Below are positions 18,279 to 27,163 of a DNA stretch of 64,000 nt, in pieces. The DNA is from Patescibacteria group bacterium UBA924 (GTDB lineage Bacteria; Patescibacteriota; Microgenomatia; UBA1400; PJMF01). Each line of letters opens with the position of its first letter. The first letter of the stretch is position 1. The notes under the pieces were generated by a model. That model worked only from the letters and a program-made list of their open reading frames with translations, did no database searches and was not told the DNA's origin. Made by a program: the position numbers and the translations under genes. The stretch lies in the NCBI GenBank assembly GCA_002293725.1, contig DBDU01000019.1:11792-75791 (forward strand), in the 5' to 3' direction.

Positions 18279-20111
18279 CTAGCGATCTGCCGGAATGTTC
18301 AAAAGTAAGTAGAGCTTATTGGCGATGTTATACCAGAGTGGAGCTGCAGTTTCAGAAGCCCATTGTGAGCTTTGAGGTTGTCTCAGCGTGACTAGCATCA
18401 CGAACTTTGGTTCTTCAACCGGAGAAAAACCAATAAAGCTAGCAATGGTATTTTCCTGATCGTAGTGGCCCGCAATTGGAATTTGAGCAGTTCCTGTTTT
18501 TCCAGCAACCGAGTGGGTTTTCGAACGAGTCCACTGCGCTTCACCCTTCTGCGCTGCGTACTCCATCATCACACCCACTCGACGGGCACTTTCAGCTGAA
18601 ACAACCTGTCCCTCTTCTACCGGTTGGACTGGGATCTCAGTCTCTTTTTGATGATCGATAACCTTGCTGATAATCGTCGGACGCATCATCTTTCCATCGT
18701 TAGCGATTGCCCCTACAGCCCTGATCATCTGCATGCCCGTTGTGGCAATTCCTTGACCAAACGAGCTGGTAGCTAAGTCAATAAACTTCCAGTCTTTACG
18801 GAAAGGAGTGGGAGTATCTTCTTGAAGCTCAATGTGGGTCGCATTGCCAATGCCAAACTTTTTCAGGTACTCTGTAAATCGTTTTTCGCCTAACAACTCG
18901 GCAATAAAAATCATGGCTGTGTTATCTGATTTGGCGAGGCCATCGATGATGGTGGTGTCAGGGTTGTACGTATCATTCCAGGTACGAATGGTGTACTCAC
19001 CAATCTGACGAGCGGTCGCACACTTGGTACAGATGGTATTTTCGTTAATTACGCCAGCGTCAATTCCAGCGGCAACGGTTAGGACTTTAAAGATAGAACC
19101 GGGTTCGAATGTATTGGCGATAATCGGATTTTTATGATACTGAGATGGGTACTCATAGAAGAGGCCTGGCTCATAGTTGGGATATGACGCCATAGCCAAG
19201 ATTTGACCCGTTTTAGGGTCCATAATGACTACGTCTCCCCCAACAGCTCCGTAGCGTTCGATACCTGTTTTGAGACTCTCCTCAACGGTGTGTTGAATAT
19301 CGCGTCTAATGGTTAAGACCACGTCACGTCCATTTGTGATAGGAGTTTCTTCCAAGTCGTCAAAGAAGAGATGAAAACCTAAAGCATCCTTATTAAATGT
19401 CTGCCGATCTGATTGACCGCGTAGCTCTTTATCAAGTGAGCCTTCAATTCCAAAGTACCCTTGGTCTTCGCCAGCTTGATTTTTACCTACGAAGCCGAGG
19501 ATGTGGGCAGCGGTTGAGGCTTCTGGATAGTCACGAACAAAGTACTCCTCAAAACCGAGGCCGTCTATATCTAGAGAGTCGATGGCCTGTTTCTGTTCAT
19601 TGGTTACCTTTTGTTTTAAAGCTACCCATTTACGACCTGGCTGGCTCAACTTAGTTAGAATTGAGCCCTCTAAGCTCTGTCGTTCCTGAGTAATCATGGC
19701 TGGCTGACTTGCCATTTCTGCTGTAACGTCAACCAACAGGGGCGCAATTGCTTGACTGACCTCCAACGGTGTCTTCTTCATGATGTGTGGCTCTGCAAAT
19801 AAACGATAGACTGGGGCGTTATTGACTAGGATATAGCCATCACTGGTCATAATCTTGCCGCGTTGACCTTGGTGCGTAACCGTCCGGCGGTACTGACTCT
19901 CGGCTTCAGCTTGTAAGCGAGTTTTATGAATCACTTGCCAATAAAAAAGTCTGGCAATTACACCCAGTAACAGGAAGTAGATAGCAAACAACAGAAAACG
20001 TGAACGAAAGTTCGCTTCTTTTTCAGGCGTCTTTCGTTCGGAGGATAGTGGTTTGCGTCGTGAGCCCGCGGTTCCGGAAGGAACTGGGTGGTACTCAAAG
20101 TTACGCGCCAT
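18279..20111 (-). CDS. ftsI: Penicillin-binding protein 2 / FtsI transpeptidase
   Basis: N-terminal transmembrane helix, dimerisation domain, transpeptidase SxxK (GSIFK), KTGT motif, 610 aa. Confidence 0.9.
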   Translation of the reverse strand: MARNFEYHPVPSGTAGSRRKPLSSERKTPEKEANFRSRFLLFAIYFLLLGVIARLFYWQVIHKTRLQAEAESQYRRTVTHQGQRGKIMTSDGYILVNNAPVYRLFAEPHIMKKTPLEVSQAIAPLLVDVTAEMASQPAMITQERQSLEGSILTKLSQPGRKWVALKQKVTNEQKQAIDSLDIDGLGFEEYFVRDYPEASTAAHILGFVGKNQAGEDQGYFGIEGSLDKELRGQSDRQTFNKDALGFHLFFDDLEETPITNGRDVVLTIRRDIQHTVEESLKTGIERYGAVGGDVVIMDPKTGQILAMASYPNYEPGLFYEYPSQYHKNPIIANTFEPGSIFKVLTVAAGIDAGVINENTICTKCATARQIGEYTIRTWNDTYNPDTTIIDGLAKSDNTAMIFIAELLGEKRFTEYLKKFGIGNATHIELQEDTPTPFRKDWKFIDLATSSFGQGIATTGMQMIRAVGAIANDGKMMRPTIISKVIDHQKETEIPVQPVEEGQVVSAESARRVGVMMEYAAQKGEAQWTRSKTHSVAGKTGTAQIPIAGHYDQENTIASFIGFSPVEEPKFVMLVTLRQPQSSQWASETAAPLWYNIANKLYLLLNIPADR

Positions 20112-20117
20112 AGCTGA

Positions 20118-20402
20118 TTATCTTGAAGCTACGACAGTGCTCGTGTCAACACGAACGATGTTCTGGATAGCTACGAAGCCTTGAGCCACAGCATCTTGAT
20201 TGAGCTGGGTCATGGAAAGAAATTGCGCAGTTTGTTGCTCAACGCGTCCGACGCGAGCAGCCATCTGTCGTTTTTGATTCTCTAAAGAGGAGATGCGTTT
20301 ACCGTAGTCAATATGGGTGCTGCCAATAAAAACGGTGTGCAAAGCGATGCCAAATGTTAGCAGGCTGAGAAATGCATAGTAGGCAACGTATTTTCGATTC
20401 AT
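20118..20402 (-). CDS. ftsL: Cell division protein FtsL-like (transmembrane helix plus coiled coil)
   Basis: 94 aa with N-terminal transmembrane helix (VAYYAFLSLLTFGIALHTVFI) and a short coiled region. Position between rsmH and ftsI. Confidence 0.65.
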   Translation of the reverse strand: MNRKYVAYYAFLSLLTFGIALHTVFIGSTHIDYGKRISSLENQKRQMAARVGRVEQQTAQFLSMTQLNQDAVAQGFVAIQNIVRVDTSTVVASR

Positions 20403-21304
20403 GATTCTTTCTTGGCGAACACTCGTAACTTGGCGCTTCGCGATCTTGGATTGTGGGTAACTTCTGCTTCAGTTGGCATAACGGCCTTTTTATCAAGTGG
20501 CTGGCCATAGCCTTTGTCTTGCCATTTTTGGAAGAGATGTTTGACAACTCGATCTTCACCTTCGTGGAAGCTAATCGTCACGATCTTGCCTCCTGCCTGA
20601 ACAACTTCTAAAGCTTGAGGTAAAGCAGCTTCGATACTGTCTACTTCACTGTTGACTGCCATTCGTAAAGCCTGGAAGACTTTAGTGGCAGGATGAAGGT
20701 GTCCTGTTCTTGGTTTCACTTTACTAATCGCCTCGGCTAGCTCTTGGGTCGTAGTGAACGGCTTGCGAGTGCGTTGTTGAACGATCATCTTGGCAATTCG
20801 ACGGCTCTGTTCTTCGCCGCCGTAGACCCAGAAAAGCTCTGCCAACTGTTTTTCGGGCAGAACGATCAGCAAGTCTTTAGCTTGAACTCCGAGACGCTTA
20901 TCCATTCTCATATCGAGCGGACCGTTGTGAATGAAGCTAAAGCCTCGTTCGGCGGTATCGATCTGAGGGCTACTAACGCCAAAGTCAAACAAAATACCAG
21001 CAATAGCTGGAATATCTTTCTCTGTGCGGAGCCGTTCCCAGGAGTCTTTGAGCTTGCCAAAGTTTTGATTAATCAGAATCAGCCGACCGTCTTGAATTTC
21101 TTGAGCGAAGTTTGCTTCGCCGAAGGCTACTGCGTCCTGATCACAATCGAAACCGATCACCCGTCCACCTCGTTCGAGAATGGCTCGGGTGTGGCCGCCT
21201 CGGCCAAAGGTGGCGTCGATGTACCACTGGGTTGCGTTCACTTGGAGTGCGTCAAGTGCTTCGGTCTTTAGCACACTAATGTGTTCATTCATGTGTTGTT
21301 CCAA
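20399..21304 (-). CDS. rsmH: 16S rRNA (cytosine1402-N4)-methyltransferase RsmH (MraW)
   Basis: YIDATFGRGGHTRAIL SAM-binding motif, 301 aa. The start may be the internal Met at 21292. Confidence 0.92.
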   Translation of the reverse strand: MEQHMNEHISVLKTEALDALQVNATQWYIDATFGRGGHTRAILERGGRVIGFDCDQDAVAFGEANFAQEIQDGRLILINQNFGKLKDSWERLRTEKDIPAIAGILFDFGVSSPQIDTAERGFSFIHNGPLDMRMDKRLGVQAKDLLIVLPEKQLAELFWVYGGEEQSRRIAKMIVQQRTRKPFTTTQELAEAISKVKPRTGHLHPATKVFQALRMAVNSEVDSIEAALPQALEVVQAGGKIVTISFHEGEDRVVKHLFQKWQDKGYGQPLDKKAVMPTEAEVTHNPRSRSAKLRVFAKKES

Positions 21305-21713
21305 TCTGTTCGGCGATGGCTTCTGCTTGACCTGCTAAGGTGTCGAGATAGGCGTGATACTTGTCCACGTTCCAGATCTCGACTCGCTCAAAGCTACCGA
21401 CAATTACCACGTTCTTTGTGAGCTGGGCAGTTGCTCGCAAATATTCGGGAATTGCCACTCTACCTTGGCTATCGACTTCGACAGCGTCGGCATCGTTGGT
21501 TAACAACCGCACAAAGTCGCGGTGTGCTTTCTTGGTGAAACCGAGTTGATTCAAAGCTTGGACTTGTTCGTGGAAGTTTTTTTGTGGAAACAAGAAGACT
21601 CCACCGTCCAAACCTCGAGTTATCACCCACTGTTTTTCCATTTCACGGAATGACTTTGGTAGTGAAACGCGTCCTTTCTCTTCAATAGTGTGGTAATATC
21701 GTCCGATAAACAT
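21285..21713 (-). CDS. mraZ: Transcriptional regulator MraZ
   Basis: MFIGRYYHTIEEKGRVSLP with duplicated MraZ/SpoVT-AbrB-like halves, 142 aa. First gene of the operon. Confidence 0.9.
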   Translation of the reverse strand: MFIGRYYHTIEEKGRVSLPKSFREMEKQWVITRGLDGGVFLFPQKNFHEQVQALNQLGFTKKAHRDFVRLLTNDADAVEVDSQGRVAIPEYLRATAQLTKNVVIVGSFERVEIWNVDKYHAYLDTLAGQAEAIAEQIGTTHE

Positions 21714-21969
21714 TTATAAGCTATTTTACCATTTCTTACCACTTATTTACTCAATAGTATTACAGTACTAACACTTGGTGTACAGACCAAAAAAAGCCGA
21801 AACAATTGTAAAAATGACTCAAAAAGACACGTTTGTAAGAAATGATTTGAGGCCTAAAAATATAGCATTTAACTCATTATATTGCTAAAAATAGGCAAAT
21901 TAACAAAAGATTGATTGATCAATTAAAAAATGAAGAAAAAAGCTAAAAAAGGAAAAAGCGTAGTGAGTT
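21714..21969 (-). promoter_or_regulatory. dcw operon promoter region with candidate MraZ-box direct repeats
   Basis: 256-nt AT-rich non-coding region upstream of mraZ. On the minus strand TGAGTAAATA / AGTGGTAAGA / AATGGTAAAA form three direct repeats at 10-bp phase (plus-strand 21722-21756), 10-45 nt upstream of the mraZ ATG. This resembles the phased GTGG-type repeats MraZ binds in other bacteria. Confidence 0.4.
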
Positions 21970-23574
21970 CTAGTAACGATAGAAAAGTGACTCTCGGTTT
22001 CGCCACTTTCCGACTTTCAGCCAACTCGACCAGCTCCCCACCGCACAGCCGTTTACCGGTGCAACCTTGAACCAGTACTCAGTACTGGGGTCTAAGCTAG
22101 AGATGGTTATATTCTGGACACCTTGATTTGAAGACTGAGAAATGGTGTTAGATAAGCTGCCAAATCTTTCATCTCCTTGCTCAAAGCCGTAGATGACATG
22201 ATAGTGTTGGACGTTATCGTTGGTGGGTGTGAAGTACAACGTGGTAGCGTTTTGTGTACGATTAATTTGAAACAGATCGGGTACCCCTGCGGGTATCCAG
22301 TCTCCACAGCCAGGTGGTTGCGCTGGAGACGGCGCTGAAAAAGCAGGGTGCGCCTGGCCTGGTTGTGGTGAGGGTGAAGGCGGTGGAACAGGGTCGTTAT
22401 AAATCAGCACTCGGTTATTTCCTTGATCGGCGATAACCATTTGAGTTGAATTGGCAAAGACTCCTTTAGCTAGATTAACGGAGCTAGCTGAGATGCCACC
22501 ATTATTGATAGCAGTTGAGACAAAGTCAGGTTGCCCAATCACGACGTCAGCAGGAGCATTATCAGTCACCGGAATTGAGTTCCAGATTAGATATCTACTG
22601 GAGTTCCGATCAGCAATAAATAATCTTCCTAAGGGATCAACTTCTAAGAAAAAAGGATGGACCGTAGACGCAGTTGAGGGAGGCGAAGTCGTAGCGGTGT
22701 CAAAGTTGGTCTGACCAAGTACAAGGGTTGCTGGTGCTCCATTGGAAGTCGGGACGGGGTCGAAGATGGTGGCACGGAAGTTCCCTCGTTCTCCTACGAT
22801 CAGTGTATTATCAAAGACGGCGATTCCTCGGGGGTTGCTGAGCTTGGTTTGTGTAGTTCCCGGTGAGATAGTAGCAAAATCGGGTTGACCGACCACCACG
22901 TTGGCGGTGGCGCCATTGCCGGTGGGAATGGTGTTGTAAATTAAGATCCGGTTATTCCCTGTATCACTAATGAATAACTTGGTTCCATCACTAGCGATAT
23001 CGGTGGGGGCAAACATCTTGTTGCTACCAGAGCCAGAACTACAGGTAGTTAGATCCGTTTGTCCAATCACTACATTCGCGCTTGCTCCATTAGAGGTAGG
23101 AATAGAGTTATAGATTAAGACTCGATGTTGACCTGAATCTGCGAGAATCAGCTTTCCATTCACATATAAAATACCGCTATCAGCAAGGTTCAAACCATTT
23201 GGGGTACAACCTAAGCTTGAACCGGAACTCATGGTCGTATTACCGATCACCACATCAGCCGGTATACCTGCCGTAGTGGGAACCGTGTTCCAGATTAGGA
23301 CTCGTTTATTCTCACCATCAACGACCAATAGCTTACCTTCGGCAATAATCGCGTCACGAGGTCCACTGAATCCGAACTCTGAGACAGAGCCCCCAGCATT
23401 AATGGAGTTGGATTCAAAGTCGGATTGTCCAACAACTACGGCGGCAGGCTGGTGAGTGGTGTAAGCGGCCACGACTGAAGAAGTACCTAAAAAGATCCCC
23501 AGAAGAATAGTCAATAGTATGGAAGTAAGAATCCTTTTTGAGGATTTAGCCGTAGAGGAATGAGCGAGTAACAT
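21970..23574 (-). CDS. Secreted/anchored NHL-like six-bladed beta-propeller repeat protein with a C-terminal FN3-like domain
   Basis: N-terminal signal/anchor (ILTSILLTILLGIFLG). About six 47-50-aa repeats (PADVVIGQPDF...NNRVLIYN, HRVLIYN, NRILIYN). A Pro-rich linker (PVPPPSPSPQPGQ) precedes a C-terminal beta-sandwich (HYHVIYG...YWFKVAPVNGC). Confidence 0.7.
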   Translation of the reverse strand: MLLAHSSTAKSSKRILTSILLTILLGIFLGTSSVVAAYTTHQPAAVVVGQSDFESNSINAGGSVSEFGFSGPRDAIIAEGKLLVVDGENKRVLIWNTVPTTAGIPADVVIGNTTMSSGSSLGCTPNGLNLADSGILYVNGKLILADSGQHRVLIYNSIPTSNGASANVVIGQTDLTTCSSGSGSNKMFAPTDIASDGTKLFISDTGNNRILIYNTIPTGNGATANVVVGQPDFATISPGTTQTKLSNPRGIAVFDNTLIVGERGNFRATIFDPVPTSNGAPATLVLGQTNFDTATTSPPSTASTVHPFFLEVDPLGRLFIADRNSSRYLIWNSIPVTDNAPADVVIGQPDFVSTAINNGGISASSVNLAKGVFANSTQMVIADQGNNRVLIYNDPVPPPSPSPQPGQAHPAFSAPSPAQPPGCGDWIPAGVPDLFQINRTQNATTLYFTPTNDNVQHYHVIYGFEQGDERFGSLSNTISQSSNQGVQNITISSLDPSTEYWFKVAPVNGCAVGSWSSWLKVGKWRNRESLFYRY

Positions 23575-23622
23575 GACGCTCTGTACATAGTACAGTAGCT
23601 GTCATATTCATTTCAATATTCG

Positions 23623-24435
23623 CTACTCTTTGATAACCACATATGCTTGACCAAAAGGAACTTCTGCGGTCAAGCTCTTATCGTCAGCAGTGCCGGCAAC
23701 GGTCTTCCAAGTGGAGCCGTCCCAGACAGCTACTTTAGCAGCGGTGGCATCTTCGTTAGCACGCATAGTTACTTCAACTGTTCCAGTTAAAGTACTGACT
23801 GTACTTAAGCTGTAGATATCAGAGATCGGAGTACCTGGTAAGGTACCAGGGTATCCAGGAGAGTTAGTAATGATCACTACGCGTTGCTTGGCAATTTCTG
23901 GGCTATCGATTTGGAACTTGGCGTCTTTGGACGCGGCGGTTGTTTCACGAGCGGTGTTATCAATATAACGCCAGTCATTTTTTAGTGCATACTCATCTGT
24001 ACCTGAAAAACGAGTAACTAGAGTCCCACCCTGAACGTTTTGATGGTAGGTACACGCACCGCCTGCGCTACAGCTCCCGAGCAGAATGTCTTTTGAGGCT
24101 GGAAAGGAAGTCAAAGGCAGCTCACCGAAAGCACCTTGGAGCAGCTCACCAGCTTGATACTCCAGTTCGTACTCAACGGCATCAGCTGGTTTCTTTAGCT
24201 CTTCAATCACCAAGAAGATGTTTCGTCCACCTTCTGAGGGGCGAATTAGGATATAGGGTCGCTCTGCGACCGGAATGACATTAAAAGTACTGATCTTTTT
24301 CTTTTTTTGAGCAGTTTGAGGAGTCTCTTCAGGTTTGGAGCGGCTTTTCATAAAAGCATAGACGCCAACTCCTGCCAGTATGAGTACGATAAGGCCGACA
24401 ACGGCGCCTACTATGATCATCTGTTTCTTTTGCAT
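23623..24435 (-). CDS. Hypothetical membrane-anchored protein
   Basis: 270 aa, N-terminal transmembrane helix (IIVGAVVGLIVLILAGVGVYAF), then a soluble domain of unknown family. Confidence 0.5.
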   Translation of the reverse strand: MQKKQMIIVGAVVGLIVLILAGVGVYAFMKSRSKPEETPQTAQKKKKISTFNVIPVAERPYILIRPSEGGRNIFLVIEELKKPADAVEYELEYQAGELLQGAFGELPLTSFPASKDILLGSCSAGGACTYHQNVQGGTLVTRFSGTDEYALKNDWRYIDNTARETTAASKDAKFQIDSPEIAKQRVVIITNSPGYPGTLPGTPISDIYSLSTVSTLTGTVEVTMRANEDATAAKVAVWDGSTWKTVAGTADDKSLTAEVPFGQAYVVIKE

Positions 24436-24452
24436 ACGAGATCTCCTCTGCT

Positions 24453-25007
24453 CTATTTAACCACATCCTTATGTCGAACACTTAGGAAGTCATAACTGCG
24501 GACGGGTCGCTCTGCGACTGCCGAAGCATACTCTAAAATAGAAGTGTAGTTAGTGTCGTGCAAATCTTGATAACCCATGTGGGTAAAGAGCGTGTTTAAG
24601 CGATCCTGAACGTCTTTAAATCCGCTGGGACTGGTATTAAGTATCTCTAAAATCTGACGAACTTGATGGAAACCATCTTCGTCTTCCACATTTTCTACGA
24701 ACAGTACATCGCTTAACTCTAGGACTTCGAAAACTTGTTTCACTCTTTTCAGCTGTTGTTTGGCTTCTGAGAACTGATTCAAGAGTTGGGCTTGGCTAAT
24801 AATCGGCAACGTCTTCGTTTTCCGGAGATGAAGAGTAATGTGATTCCCTGGTTCAAGGTAGGCCCGTTGGGTTGAGTTCATCTTTCGTACGCCTTTGGCA
24901 ATACAGACAAGCTTCCCCTCATCAGGAGTTAAAACTGTTACCACACGATCAGCTTCGCCAACATTGACGCGCTTGAGCACGATTGCTTCAGTTGTCCAAC
25001 TCTGCAT
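24453..25007 (-). CDS. recO: DNA repair protein RecO (short form lacking the C-terminal zinc-finger region)
   Basis: N-terminal OB fold EAIVLKRVNVGEADRVVTVLTPDEGKLVCIAKGVRK is typical of RecO. Only 184 aa and no Cys4 motif. Confidence 0.7.
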   Translation of the reverse strand: MQSWTTEAIVLKRVNVGEADRVVTVLTPDEGKLVCIAKGVRKMNSTQRAYLEPGNHITLHLRKTKTLPIISQAQLLNQFSEAKQQLKRVKQVFEVLELSDVLFVENVEDEDGFHQVRQILEILNTSPSGFKDVQDRLNTLFTHMGYQDLHDTNYTSILEYASAVAERPVRSYDFLSVRHKDVVK

Positions 25008-27124
25008 TAAAACTTGGTGGTGAACAAGATGTCTTTATCCATCAGCACCTCTTCTTGGCCGCCGTTGACGTCAAAGGTTACAGGGACAGGGCTGATACCA
25101 CCTTGCTTCCATAACTTAATCTTGTAATCTTCTTGGTTGGTATATGGCACAGTGTACTCAAGCTGCAGCTTGGCTTGACTCAACGGATCAAGGAAGAACT
25201 CACCTTCGACGATGGTGAAGTCGCCTTCATCAGTTGTCTTGACGCTACCTTCACGATAACCCTGTGAGCTAATCAGCTGTGACCCTTTGGGTAAGTAGAT
25301 GCGATTCCAGTCACGTAGCCTAGAGTTAAGACAGAGTAAGCCAGCTTCTAGATTACAGTTGTCACCACGGCGAGAGTTCTTATAAGTGATCGCCACTTTC
25401 TTGTTGATCACGCCATTTTCTGGGGCCGAAACTTCTTGAGCTACCTCATACGTCACAAACAAGTTAGATTTGGCGCCACCTAAGTTAGCGTCAATAATTG
25501 CCATGAAGTCTTCAGCATTGGGATCTTTGACTAGACGACCAGCGGCATTAACTTTCTCAGCAGCGGCTTGGTGTGTCTCATCGAAGAAGTAGAACTGAGC
25601 GTGACGAGCTTGAACGTCTTTCCAGGCAATCTCAAAGAGCTGTGGCCACTGTGTCTTGGGTGCTGAGTAAGCTTTTTGCAACAATGCACCCATCATTGGA
25701 CCTAAGATACCTTTTCGATCTTGTCTGATGTATGGTGTTGGTCTAGTAATAATTTCTGACAAGGCGTAAATAATCTGTGGACAGTCACATTTGGGATCGT
25801 TCTCAGCTGAGAACGTGCCATATCCTGGGATCTCGACTGGACCAAGAACACGGACTAGGTCAGTTAAAACTTGGGTATCGACAGCGATGATGCCATCAAT
25901 ATCTTTTGGCTCACCAGGAACTAAGTTGTAGTTGGTGAGGAACTCTTCCATTGACTTCTTGAAGTCAGGATCGATGTTCATGTCTCGGAGATTGTAGTAA
26001 CTCTCAGTGGTTAAGTACTTACCCAAGATTGGTGGAATCGGAATACGTTTGTTGAACTTCTTGTCTAGCTCGTAGATATCATCAGACTTCTCAGGCGTAA
26101 CTTTACCGTTCTCGACAAAGATGACAGAGTAAGCAGTTAAGAAACCACCGGTTGGGCGAAGCTCATTGTCATTTTGGAACAAGACAAAGTACTTTTTGCG
26201 TTCACCATCTGCACCCGCCACACTAGGAAGCTGCTCAATGACTGGACGGAACTCAGTTAAAGCTGCTGCAGCACCAGCACTCAACTCTTGTGCTTGGATG
26301 ATGCGCGGACGAATGAATGTTCCACCGACGGACTCAGGGTAACGATCAGGATTGATCGTAGCAAGCTCTGTTTCGACGGTGTTTAGGTCAGCTCCAATCT
26401 CATCAAGTTCTGGAGTAATTTTCTGTAATGTTTGCAGAATGAGCTTCAAGCGATCTTCGGCAGTACCGCCGGTAAATGTTCCTTCACCTGTGAATCCGAG
26501 TACGTCTGCATAAGGAGTAACGGCCGCTAGTGATTTAATTCCAGCATTTACACCAGCATCAGCTGCATTGAGACCATGAATACCATCATTGTAGTAGGCA
26601 CTGGCAATCGGAATTGAACCGTAGAAACTCAACTTGTTGTACGTTGCGCGAATATCAACTAGTTTATTCTTGACTGAGTCTAAGCCCGCTTGAGCGCCAG
26701 GCAGATTCTGAGCCTTAAAGGCGTCGTAGGCACTTTGTCCTAATACTTCGGCTTCTTCAGCTTGAGCCTTCAACTCCATGGCTACTGTGTAGGTATAGAA
26801 ACCCAGCGCACCAGCGATGCTACCTAGAATCACCAAGATAGCCAAGATCATTACCAGGAACCTTACCCATGTGCGAGCAAAAAGTGGTTTGCGACTTGAG
26901 TTAGGGCGGCGTGGTGACATATCGTCATCCGTCTCAACAGTATCTTCGCGCCTGGCGCGTCGACTTTGAGCCGTTCCATGTGGAGTATAGACTGAGCGTA
27001 AAACTTCGTCTGTGTGATCAGGGGTTTCTGGAGAGGAGGTGCTGGTTGATTTCATACCGGTTAATGCAGTACGTGCAGGAGAAGTACCAAGGTCTAATTT
27101 TTGTGGGCGGGCGGCATCACTCAT
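25007..27124 (-). CDS. DUF4012-like membrane protein (disordered N-terminus, one transmembrane helix, large extracytoplasmic domain)
   Basis: 705 aa. Charged, disordered N-terminal region of about 90 aa, transmembrane helix (FLVMILAILVILGSIAGALGFY), then a conserved block LFQNDNELRPTGGFLTAYSV recalled as the DUF4012 hallmark. Confidence 0.55.
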   Translation of the reverse strand: MSDAARPQKLDLGTSPARTALTGMKSTSTSSPETPDHTDEVLRSVYTPHGTAQSRRARREDTVETDDDMSPRRPNSSRKPLFARTWVRFLVMILAILVILGSIAGALGFYTYTVAMELKAQAEEAEVLGQSAYDAFKAQNLPGAQAGLDSVKNKLVDIRATYNKLSFYGSIPIASAYYNDGIHGLNAADAGVNAGIKSLAAVTPYADVLGFTGEGTFTGGTAEDRLKLILQTLQKITPELDEIGADLNTVETELATINPDRYPESVGGTFIRPRIIQAQELSAGAAAALTEFRPVIEQLPSVAGADGERKKYFVLFQNDNELRPTGGFLTAYSVIFVENGKVTPEKSDDIYELDKKFNKRIPIPPILGKYLTTESYYNLRDMNIDPDFKKSMEEFLTNYNLVPGEPKDIDGIIAVDTQVLTDLVRVLGPVEIPGYGTFSAENDPKCDCPQIIYALSEIITRPTPYIRQDRKGILGPMMGALLQKAYSAPKTQWPQLFEIAWKDVQARHAQFYFFDETHQAAAEKVNAAGRLVKDPNAEDFMAIIDANLGGAKSNLFVTYEVAQEVSAPENGVINKKVAITYKNSRRGDNCNLEAGLLCLNSRLRDWNRIYLPKGSQLISSQGYREGSVKTTDEGDFTIVEGEFFLDPLSQAKLQLEYTVPYTNQEDYKIKLWKQGGISPVPVTFDVNGGQEEVLMDKDILFTTKF

Positions 27125-27163
27125 AGGCAGATAAGTGTTAAGTATAAAGAATATTTGACTATT

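Noticed and set aside
20744-21271. 175-aa plus-strand ORF inside rsmH
   Set aside because: It is antisense to RsmH and has no recognisable motifs. Long antisense ORFs are expected by chance in a coding-dense operon.
21714-21969. Possible mobile element or insertion remnant in the AT-rich 256-nt gap upstream of mraZ
   Set aside because: It has no inverted terminal repeats, transposase fragment or target duplication. AT-richness and phased repeats fit an operon promoter/operator.
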